A stretch of DNA of 63,413 nucleotides, counting the filler, from Collodictyon triciliatum (taxonomy: Eukaryota): assembly GCA_043381765.1 (NCBI GenBank). It is 7 parts of 7 records of this genome, joined end to end, with 100 filler letters (N's around TTAATTAATTAA, not from the genome) between each part and the next. Parts side by side here need not be neighbours in the genome. Positions count along the whole stretch, not along the records: positions 50,784 to 60,828 come from JBHJMP010002810.1; positions 60,929 to 63,413 come from JBHJMP010002886.1; 5 more parts are not named here. The stretch is one strand, 5' to 3'. Below are positions 50,684-63,413 of the stretch, piece by piece. Within the stretch, counting starts at the first letter, position 1. Each line of letters opens with the position of its first letter. Made by a program: the position numbers and the translations under genes. The notes below the pieces were generated by a model, which was not told the origin of the DNA, made no database searches, and saw only the letters and a program-made list of their open reading frames with translations.

Positions 50684-50783
50684 NNNNNNNNNNNNNNNNN
50701 NNNNNNNNNNNNNNNNNNNNNNNNNNNTTAATTAATTAANNNNNNNNNNNNNNNNNNNNNNNNNNNNNNNNNNNNNNNNNNNN
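50684..50783. other. Artificial contig spacer
   Basis: N44-TTAATTAATTAA-N44. Confidence 0.99.
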
Positions 50784-50968
50784 ACAAAAACGAAAAAAAA
50801 AACAAAAAAAAAAAAACAAAAACAAAAAAAAAAAAAAAAACAAATAAAAAAACAAATAAAAAAACAAATAAAAAAACAAATAAAAAAATAAAAAAAAACA
50901 AAAAAATAAAATAAAAGCGAAAACACACACACAGCAAAACAAAACCGCACGCCGGACAACGGGACGGA

Positions 50969-51100
50969 ATGCTCTCGCTCCTCGCACAGCTGCTATCCCT
51001 GATCGTCGCGCTGAGCGCCTTCTTCGCCGGGCTCTCTGGGTGGACGCTGGTCTCATACGAATCAGCGTGCCCCTACACAGACGCCGTCAACATCAACATC

Positions 51101-51131
<31 letters not shown>

Positions 51132-52012
51132 GCAACATCATCATCATCAGCAGCAACAGCAGCAACTGCACGTGCACAACAGACGTCTCGTTCGGACTGC
51201 GGTCGTACCTGAACGTGACGGAATGCCGGGACGCCGCAGCGCCGACGCGCACGTGGGACGGGACGGTGTCGTACGCAGAGTGCGGGTTGGACGCGTGCGG
51301 GGCGGCGGAGGAGGCGGGCAGCGGGGCGGCCTTTGCGCTGTGGGTCGTGTGCTTTGCGGCGTGCAGCGCGGGGTGCCTGGTGCAGCTGGGGCTCTATGCG
51401 GCGCGCCACGACCGCTGCCACAGCCACAGCCACAGCCACAACCACAACGGCTGCCACAGCCACATGCGCTGCCACAGGCGGCGGCTGCGGGTGGCGGCGG
51501 GTGCGTGCTGGGCGGGTGCGGCTGTCCTGGCGGGTGCGCTCATGGCCTCCTGGCACCTCCTGACGCAGCCCGCCATCTGCGCCGCCGCCACGCAGGGCGA
51601 CCCGCCGCTGTCCCCGCAGCCTGTCGACTGTCGCCCAGGCTCCGCCCTCCGCGGCTTCCTCCTCGTCATCGCCGGCTCCCTCGCCTACCTCGTCGCCCAG
51701 ATCTACGAGCACACCAGCGACGGCGACACTGACCCGCTCCGCCCGCACCTTCTCCGCATCGGCCCTGCCGACGACGATGACGTGCGCTATGCCGAGATCA
51801 CAGGCTCCATCGAGCTGGACAGCGAAATCCGTCGGTTCCTGTCTTTGCGCCCCTCCTCATACATATCCGTCTGTGTGCATATGCGAATCTGTGACTATGT
51901 CTGTATCTGTATCTGTATCTGTATCTATGTCTGTATCTGTATCTGTATCTGTGTCTGTATCTGTATCTGTGTCAAATTGAGCTATCTGTCACATTCGCGT
52001 GCCTATGATTAA
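50969..52012 (+). CDS. Four-TM claudin/PMP22-superfamily-like membrane protein with His/Cys-rich loop; true C-terminus probably spliced before the (ATCTGT)n repeat
   Basis: Four hydrophobic segments, W after TM1, SFGL and paired Cys in loop 1, strongly GC-rich codon third positions. Confidence 0.65.
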
Positions 52013-52833
52013 TTCTGTAGTTAACACTATGGCCTGTTAGTGTGAATTATTCTTTTTCTTTTTTTTTCTCATCGGCTCAATAGGACTTTGTATCATTATA
52101 GTGTCGAGGCAAATTCAGAATGACCAACGGAGGATTGCATCCAGGATGAGCAATGATGTTGTCTTTTTTTGATAGTGCATCTTTGTTTTGCTCTGTTGCC
52201 ACGCGGCGATGATGACATGAGCTAAGGAGTCTCTTCTTCCTTTTTCTTCTTCTTTTTAATACTTCATGCATCATCTCTCATTCTCTATGGACGTTTTTTC
52301 TGATGGTATACCTCTTTTTACGCGTACATTTCCACACCTGATGATTTTTTTAACCCCTTCAACTTTTTCTCATACCGTCACCTCATTATTGATGTTTCTT
52401 CTGTAGTCGAATAGATAAACCGTTTCTTGAAAGAAATATTGATGTGATTTTTCGGTGGAATTATCTTTAAGGTGATGCAATTAAAATTTTCATCTTCAAA
52501 TCTTTTTTTTTTATTTTGTATTCTGGATTTACGAAAGGTAGTTGATTGTTTTTTGTGTTCGAAAGTATCTGTTTAGGTATCTTTGAAAATGTTAACTCTC
52601 GATGGGCATTCAAATGGATTTTTCTTCAATTATTTTTTTATTGTTTTTATTGAGAAATATAGAATTCACAGAAGGCTTTTTATATTTTTGATATATTAAT
52701 ATTTTTTTCCCACCATCATATCCACATTGTGGCATTGTAAGGGCGGTCCTTAGTGTGTAATGTATTCGTTTGACATATTCTCTTTTGATATGTTCGTGAA
52801 GGTATTCCCAAATCTTCGAAACATGAGAAGTGT

Positions 52834-53852
52834 TTATTCATCACTCTCCGGGTTTCCTGCGACACAATGTTATTTATATGGATAATAGATAGATAAAATT
52901 TACTTTGTGAATATTCACTACTGAATATATCCATGATGGCTAGAGGAGAATATAAAGTGGAATTAGCCAGAAAAGAGTATTGGAAAAAAAATAATGTAAT
53001 CAAATACCTGTCTGGCCTGAAGTTCCAGCAGCCGATGACGCCCCTTCTTCCATATTTTGAAGGGATTCGCCCTCAAGCATCTTTTGGAGCCGCTCCTACA
53101 CAATAAAAACACGAATATTTTTTTTTTCCAAAATGTAATACCACCAATGGATTATATAATTTTAATGAGCCATTGAATAAAATTGGTGTATCAGGCAGAG
53201 TAGAATAGGTTGCGTATATGGATAGAAAAGAAGAGAAAGAACTAGAGAATCACATTATCGGAAGCCTGTTACTTATTGACATGTCCACAAACCTTTTCTT
53301 TCTGGCGGTTGTATTCATCAATCACATACTGGTACTTCGGGCTCGTAATGCCAAAGAAATCTGCTAGCTTTAGCCCCACATAATCAATTCCTAATATTTA
53401 CCCATGAATTTTCTTGCTTGAGAAGCCCAGAGCCCAGGAAAAAGCGAGGGAATTAAAAAGACACAAATACTAATAAATAAACAAATAAATGAATAAAAAA
53501 AAGATAAAATTGAACATAGATAGATAGATACAGCTTTGTTTTCCCTTAAAAGCATATGAAAAGGCACCCAAAAATTGCGATGCAATATATGTGATAGGTG
53601 AATTAAATAAATAAATAAAAAAAACCATGGCCTATCCCCTTCTCACTTGCGCGGACTGAAAGGAGAAGGAAGAAAAAAAAATAAAGCACGAGCCCAGGGA
53701 TTCTCAAGAAACCAACCTGCGAGAATGACGGTTCCGGCATACCACGCCCCGTTCACTGCCCACTGGTAATACGACTCCTGCTCACTTTGATCCGAACCCG
53801 CCGCCGCAGCAGTCTGAGTCTTTTCGAAGCTCACTTGGACGTTCTCTGCCAT
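52834..53852 (-). CDS. FAM177: FAM177 family protein, 4 exons
   Basis: Spliced YQWAVNGAWYAGTVILAG-IDYVGLKLADFFGITSPKYQYVIDEYNRQKEK matches the FAM177A1 core (CDFLGEKIASVLGISTPKYQYAIDEYYR). Ends GNPESDE*. Confidence 0.85.
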
Positions 53853-54393
53853 CAAATCTCACAACTTCTCCGTTTGTTTTTTTCTCGCTCCTGTTGAAAA
53901 CAAATAACTATTGTCATTTATTGGGTGCCGGGTGTGTGTTGTTTCCTTTGTGTTGGCGATAGTCTTATTCTTGCTTTCGTCTTTCTTTTTTATCTTTATT
54001 TTTTTTCCATTCTATTCTATTATTTATTTATTGGAAAGTGCTTGCAACTGAAGCGTTTGAGATTCTGCGAGCGGCAGAGGAACAGCTTTATAGGCAGGAT
54101 GATACCAACACGGACACGTCACTTGATTGATAAGGCAATCAAAGAACCCCGCTTTGGTTTCAACACGCGCAAAGCAACCCGTATTCCCACAGACAAAGTT
54201 CGTTTCTTCCTTTGTGTCATCAGCGCATCGCGGGATGCATTGTTATCATCTGAAATGAACATATCTGTGTGGAAATCCCTCCGTCTCAAATGCAAAGGGA
54301 GAGCCTTTTCTTGCGTGCGTAGAGCAATGTCTCGGGCGATGTTTTCTTTATTACGAGTGTGATGCCGACAGACCAGGGTTGGTTTGCTGACGG

Positions 54394-55019
54394 CTATTTT
54401 GCCGGGCGCTTCAGCCACTTGGGTATCTTTGTTCCGTCCTTTGTCCTGGGGGCCTGGTTTTCGTCGCCGGCGCTTGGCTCGGAATCCTCACCAGGATTTG
54501 CTTTTGACTTTGAGATTGATTTACCTGATGATGCTGCGTCGACGTTCGAAGCTTTGGGAGGCTCCTGTTCGAAATGAAGTATATCGATGGTTAGCATAGA
54601 TGATTTGCCGAGTGGCGGCGATTCCTTTCTCTTCAGTTTACCAAAGTAATTCACTTTGGTAGAAATTGGTTGATGGAGTGGTGATTCAGGCACTTCTTTT
54701 TCCTTTTCTTTCTTTTCTTTTTTTTTATTTTGGCCGCCATGCAATCAATTATGTTTACAATCATGTGGAAGAATCGGAAAATCAGTGTCGATTGCTTACA
54801 ACGACAGGAACAGCTGCTGATAAGTCCATCGACTGGTGGACGAGTTCCTCTCTGAGAATGACAGATTGTCCTAGACACAAGCGGAAAAGAAAAATATATT
54901 GAAATGAAAAATACGATTATACGGGGGAGTGTGGGTAATACGAATTCGTCAATTGAACCTTGTTATGACACAATCAAGGTGTTCAATACACGACAACAGT
55001 TGGGGGGAGTTCCCCTTTC

Positions 55020-55115
<96 letters not shown>

Positions 55116-57707
55116 GAGAGTTCTGAATCGATAAGGGGAAAAAGAGGGAGGATACGAAAAATATCTTGCAAGCTTCAATATTTTTATATTCCTATATTAA
55201 TATTGACAAATATGGGAGTATGATACAGAATAGTATATATTATCAGGCTGCAACAAATGTAAAACCTTTATCAACGAGCCCGAAATTGATCAATGCGGCG
55301 GGCACAAGAGAGAGCGAATGTAGCGTGGCTGATGTATTGGTAAACTTTTGAACAGGAGGCGAAATATCTTTGTGATTAACAGATGATTTATTAGCTCTTT
55401 TTGTTTTTGTTTTTTAAAAAAAAAAGCCGAAAATGTTATTGGCATACATTGCATTAATAATATACAGCCAGTAAAAATTTGCTTAAAAATGAAACTAGAA
55501 ATGGAACTTATACAAAAGAGAGATTGATTTTTTTTTGAAAAAAATGATAATTATGAAATACTAACACAAGTAGAAATCCACAGAGGAGTTTTCAAGGAGC
55601 GTTCTAACAAATTCTGTGACCGACAATATAGTCTCTTTTGGACTAAATGTTCCTTGCGCCACAAATCCATTTGGAAACCGAACGCGAATAAATGTCTGCA
55701 TGTAAATTTTGTCATTTGCATACCATCACATATCTCATCTATCAAATGTATCAGTACAAACGATACCTTCTTATAGTGCTTTATTGGTGTTTCAACACGC
55801 TCACGCATTGACTTGGTCATAAGCATTTCGGAAGCTTTTTTACGTTCATCTGCCTTTGCGTTTATTTCTCGAATGTCTTCCGCAGTCATTTCGTAAAATT
55901 CATCCGGGATTTCAACTATACAGTTGAATTTAACATAACTGACTAGAACATGCATTTTCAACATTCTGACCTGATATATTGATGAAATTATTATTATTTT
56001 TGAAACATCATAACAGCATTACATCTACTGGGGTCAAAGTCCTGCTGCGAGGGGCGAAACAACTTCAAATCACGACTATTGACAGTCTCAGGAATCTATA
56101 GCCATGAGTGTTATACACTTGCTACTAATTCTATATGAATAAACTGTGGCCTTGTAAAATATTATTTGTATTAATTCTTTCAATTGTATTACACCAATAA
56201 AGGCATTAGAGCATAAGATTATTTTTTGGTAGTATGATACATTTTCTGGAGCAGCAACGACTTCATATACGATAGATTTCGAGGAAACGGTAATTTCTTG
56301 TTGATTTGAAGATAACTCAGGGGTTTTTTCTGCCTCTGGGTTTGGCTCCAGTTTTATCTTCGATTCTGGTGGTGATACGTCGGCCATACTCTCGCTTGTG
56401 GGAGTTTCTGCTGCTTTAACAATTCAGCAATAAATAATGCACAAGAAGAACGATTCGTGTGTGGGTATCACAAGTATCTTATGAAATGAACATTAAAGTA
56501 CCTTGTACTGATGAAGCCAAGGAATATGTTGGGGTTGATTCGCTTTGGGAGAAAGCAGCAGGGTATTCAAGCTTCATTTCTGATAAAGTTTTTGTAGATT
56601 CCTTAAAGTTTACGCGGATAAGAATATTCCCACTAGTAAGGCCGTAATTGTAAAACGTTTCTCCCGTGAGTCCATCGAGGGTATCAATCTTTGAAAACGA
56701 TAGGTTAGCACACTTTTGTTGGATTTATGGAAAAAATTATTCCTGTAGTATGGACTCCAGGGGAATTATTCATTGTAGATTTGAAAGTTTCGTATTTAAA
56801 TTAAAAATCGTCATACATCCTTCCCTTGTATTTGAAGAAATGGGATATAATATTTCCCGTTTGTCTCATTTGTTGTGATGTTTGTTTGAGCAGCGATTTC
56901 TAATTCCTTCAAAGCATCCCACAAAGTCGTTAATGGCTTAGCCACAACGACGTGTCTTTTGCCAGTTGGTATCTGAAATGCAGCACTAATGGATGCGCTG
57001 ACTATGTTCAAAAAATCATTTAGTATTTCAATCATTGATGACAAATAAATAAAAAAAATAACAGGGAATTTGCGAATATTATCAATCATTTTATGTGATG
57101 TGGTAAACCGTATTGCTTATTTGTTCAATTATATAGAAAATATAAAAAAAAACGTTGATGAAGAAAATAAAGATATGTTCTAACCAGGCATTTGGTATGA
57201 AACAAGCTCTAGTGTGCATGAGAGGGCAAGACCAGTTTGCTTCAGGGTTACAGACATATCCAAATTCTGCTTGGCATCGACTTTCCTGAGAGAGGATATT
57301 TGGGTTTTATTGAGTTTATAAATGTGTTACCACATCGAAGGAGAGGATGTTCGAATGTAAATAAGTATTAAACACATGGCTAATTAATATATATAGTGTA
57401 CAAGAAAAACAAGATATAAAAATCACAAAAGACTGAGCAAGAAAATTGCGAGATTTGTGAGACACACCAAGGATTTAATGATATTAATTAATAATAAAAG
57501 GATTGAAAAAGGAAAACTGTAAGGGACGTGAGCATAATCAAGCCTTAAAAAAAAAGAGAGAGAAGAGAAGGAAAACCTTAGGGTGTGCTGAGTTGGACTG
57601 AGTTGGAATTGCTTGCAAGCATCAAAAAGAACTTGAGCAAGGAGTGTTTGAGGTGTCACTTTCACAGGTTTACGATAGCCTTGACGCAGGACTGTCAGAG
57701 TGGACAT
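54394..57707 (-). CDS. ASPSCR1: TUG/ASPL (UBXN9)-like UBX-domain p97 adaptor
   Basis: N-terminal UBL1 KPVKVTPQTLLAQVLFDACKQF, then EIPDEFYEMTAEDIR...LMTKSMRE, UBX IRVRFPNGFVAQGTFSPKET...ISPPVQK...SLVPAALINF and C-terminal IPKWLK. Confidence 0.88.
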
Positions 57708-58607
57708 TACTTGTCGCTTTGCTGGGCTTGATTTGTCCTTTCGAAACTCTTTCTGTCTCAGCAAAGAAGCAACATATTAGCAGTTACGAGTCGTATTCTT
57801 TTTTTTTTTTTATTTGTTTCTTTATTATTTATTATTATTTTTTTCAGTAGGCCGCAGTTTCTATTCCAGAGTGACATGAAATCTGTTGACTTTTGCTCCA
57901 GGTTTTCCTTTCTTCTCGAAATCGCCTTCTTGCTTACTGATCTTTTTCTTTTTCCGCTCCCTCTTTTTTTTTTCCATTCTTTTTTATATCCAGCGGATTC
58001 TTTGATTTCCGAGACCGAGTGGAAGCTTCGATTACTGGATCCTTTGGTTCGTATGAAATAAAAGCTTGGTTCGACTGATATAACAGGAGCGCGCGATATT
58101 CTCACATAAATTACATGTGCACATGAGATGTAAGTAAATGTATGTATTTGTGTTTCTATGTCCATGATTTGAGTTACTACCATCATTTCTTCACTTCCTA
58201 TGGATAGAAAAGGATGTGTAGAAAAAATAAATATATGTAGCGGGCGTAAATAATTCGTCCTCCGCTGACTAACTGCTTTGATAAGAGATAAGAAAACATA
58301 GTTCGATGCGACATCCTTTAAGTATAGTGGATTCTGATATTGAAGGGGTAGAGTTTTATTCCAATTGGCGAAATAAGGAGATATCTGATGTTAAATATAA
58401 TCAAATATTCCAGCAAAGAGCGGTCCAGAGAAAAATGATTTGTCATAAATTAGCATCATCGGTGCAGCCTGAACCGCACACACACACATTGCAATTTCAC
58501 TACCTTTCTCCTTTAGCATCTCATAGGTATTATTTGAATCAAACTAATGTTCATTATTCGGTGAGCAGTCCACTCCTACCGACAGCCAAGAGTTGAATAT
58601 GAAGCTT

Positions 58608-60550
<1,943 letters not shown>

Positions 60551-60672
60551 CTATGACACAAAACAAATACAGAATATGTGAGATAAATGTGAGCCCAGCA
60601 AATAATAAAACTCCTTTTTTGTCTTTTTTGTCTTTTTTTGTCTTTTTTTTGTCTTTTTTTTGTCTTTTTTTT

Positions 60673-60762
<90 letters not shown>

Positions 60763-60828
60763 TTTTTTTTTTTTTCTTTTTTTTTGTCTTTTTTTATGTC
60801 TTTTTTTTAGTCTTTTTTTTAGTCTTTT

Positions 60829-60928
60829 NNNNNNNNNNNNNNNNNNNNNNNNNNNNNNNNNNNNNNNNNNNNTTAATTAATTAANNNNNNNNNNNNNNNN
60901 NNNNNNNNNNNNNNNNNNNNNNNNNNNN
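60829..60928. other. Artificial contig spacer
   Basis: N44-TTAATTAATTAA-N44. Confidence 0.99.
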
Positions 60929-61468
60929 TAAAAAATAAAAAATAAAAAATAAAAAATAAAAAATAAAAAATAAAAAATAAAAAATAAAAAATAAAAAATA
61001 AAAAATAAAAAATAAAAAATAAAAAATTAAAAATAAAAAATAAAAAATAAAAAATAAAAAATAAAAAATAAAAAATAAAAAATAAAAAATATAAAACAAA
61101 AACAAAAAATAAAAAATAACAACTTGAAGTTACCAAATATATCTTAATAGCAGTATCAACATAGTCATACTAATTCCATATATGTGAGTAGAATACACGC
61201 ATTGAGCGTGCCAAGGCAAGGATTGTGTTGCATGACAAATCCTTGCTTCAAGAGGAAATCATAAATCACCGTTCTGGGGTTAGATTGACTTTTCCAAATT
61301 AGAAATTCAGCAATAAATTTATGCATTAGGGATGAACACAAGAGCTATCGAGATGTATTTCCATACGACAAGATACTTATTTCATGCAATCCTATCTCCC
61401 CCGTATTAATATGCGGTTCTAATTCACATATATCCTCCTAATATCAGTCGAAAAAGCAACCGGGACCA

Positions 61469-62368
61469 ATGCCAAAACCTGGACAATGGATGGTTGCTTC
61501 GCCAGTTTCTAGCGAAAAAAAATCCAGAAAAGTGCCTGGATCTGCTCCAATTCGTCCTTATCCTAGACTGACATCCCCGAATCCTTTTGACTCACCGGAA
61601 AATGATTTAACATTAACTGAACCACCGATAAACGAATCCATGGTACTCTAACCTAATATCCACTCTGCTTCATTTTCATGTATCTAAATTTCACATTCAG
61701 TCACTGTTTCAAACAAAAACGTGTGTTTTTTTAAGAATAAAAAAAATGCAACTCATCATATGATTTATACTAATTTATTTACTAGGGAAATACTCTTGCA
61801 CGGGAAGGTTTACTTGAAAGCAGCTCTCTACTCAATACTACAAATTATTCTGCATTAGATTCTACTATGGACAAGGATGGTATGTCCATATATATGTCTT
61901 TTTGATTTTTTTTTGTTTTCATACTAATTTTTCACGGGCCATTAAATGCAACAGCAATAAATAGTAACTCAAGGATTGGAATCAAGGTTTCTCATATATA
62001 TATCAATATCACTGGGTTTATATTACTGATTAACATTATCACACAATTTCTTTCCATTAACATAATGGCCTGGGAAAATATCAGCAGAATTATGCCATAA
62101 TCACTTTTAGACATGTAAAAGTATGTCAAGTTCATGACCATGATGTTAATAAATATAGGGACCCAAGAGCAGCGATCATATAGATATATTCTTAAAATCA
62201 GATCACCTTACCAGGCACGGGAAGGTATTCTTTTCCCTGCATTTTAGGAACAATTCATCAATATTTGTCCGTTTGATTTCTTAATTTCCGCTCGTGCTTC
62301 ATGACACCCCACTTTATGGGCCAATTTTGCCATTTTGCCATTTTGCCATTTTGCCATTATGTCGTTAT

Positions 62369-62431
<63 letters not shown>

Positions 62432-63340
62432 AAACATGATAGTCATAATTTCTTCAAATACATGCGCTATAGGTGGTTTTGAACAATATCAAGCAAGATA
62501 TTTCGACAAACGCGCCCCTGCCATCAATCAAAAAGGATTCTCGATTGCCAGCATGGATACCAAGTTCCCCGAAGAAGCCGCGGGCAGCTCATGTATGAAG
62601 CAACTATCCATACATTTTACTGAAAATGGTTTGCTTACACCGATTGTAATTTTGGATACTTCAGAATCGAATCGAAGAAACATCAATAAACATTTACTTA
62701 TTCAATCATAATATAGAATGATGATGTTCGAGAAGTTAATACCACGAGTATCAGGATGATTATGGAGGCAGTTGACAGAACACCATCTGTATTAATTTAG
62801 TACTTTACAACGTCCTAAGAAACAAGAGATTGACTGAGCAGTTATTATTGTGAAACGCTTAATTATATCCCATTCACCTGCAGAGTACACCTATACCACC
62901 GCGGAGTATATCGTCTCTTGGGCATAGCGCAGACCATCAAACACCTATGAGTGCTCCACAACGACCTCATAGCGTTATCGGTTTATATTCAAACATACCG
63001 ATCCCCCCTTCATCTGGAAATGATACGTGTAAGTTGCTCGGTTTAGTATTTTTTTTTTATTCTTCCTTTCAATTTGTAAAATATGATTTCTTTTCTTTTT
63101 CCTCCCTCCCTTTCCTATTCCTATTAAATACTTTCAATCTGACTGACCGTACGCTAAAACGAAACCAGCTTTTATTAATATATTATCGCTCCATATAAAA
63201 ACGAAATATCCAATCAAGTGGAGTCCAACATCATTTGTATGAATTTTATAATTTTTTTTTCCTAGCCCAAACGTCGCCTCTTACCCGTCAGATTGGATCT
63301 GGAAGAGCTGATGTCCTTCCCCCTCTATTGTCACCTCCAA
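61469..63340 (+). CDS. Unknown multi-exon Pro/Ser-rich protein (partial)
   Basis: GC-richer exon-like blocks flanked by GT/AG: MPKPGQWMVASP...PPINESM|GNTLAREGLLESS..., GGFEQYQARYFDKRAP... and STPIPPRSISS...PIPPSSGND. No domain recognised. Confidence 0.45.
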
Positions 63341-63413
63341 AGTACCTAGTTTTTTTTTTTTTTTTTTAATTTTTTTAAATTTTTTTTTTTTTTTATGAAA
63401 ACTTAAAGCATAT

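Noticed and set aside
51040-51748. Overlapping 230-aa and 228-aa alternative-frame ORFs
   Set aside because: Shadow frames expected in GC-rich DNA, with no recognisable protein features.
52834-57707. Functional linkage of FAM177 and TUG (both Golgi-related)
   Set aside because: Neighbouring eukaryotic genes only; no evidence of co-regulation or fusion, and TUG has its own stop codon.

Overview
This window is not one locus. It holds seven unrelated contigs of an AT-rich, very intron-dense microbial eukaryote (six of about 10 kb and a final 2.5 kb fragment), joined by artificial 100-nt spacers (N44-TTAATTAATTAA-N44). Gene content suggests an amoebozoan-like protist, which is an inference. Most ORF-track entries are intron or microsatellite artefacts, so genes were rebuilt by reading exons by hand. 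Contig 1: N-terminal part of a Piezo mechanosensitive channel. Contig 2: an intronless orphan, ARPC4, a small C2 protein and a GT13 GlcNAc-transferase with an MGAT5-like Cys-rich tail. Contig 3: a single-pass receptor with Cu/Zn-SOD-fold-like ectodomain repeats lacking metal-ligand histidines, followed by TKL kinase, class III adenylyl cyclase and a second TKL kinase, plus an acidic orphan. Contig 4: an SLC12 cation-chloride cotransporter and an orphan. Contig 5: an ankyrin protein, a degenerate tRNA-Phe and an EF-hand/WD40 protein. Contig 6: a GC-rich claudin-like tetraspan, FAM177-like, TUG/ASPSCR1-like and a CaMK. Contig 7: an unknown gene. The best candidate for an undescribed system is the pseudo-SOD receptor kinase-cyclase-kinase. 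All family assignments come from motif recall, not database searches.
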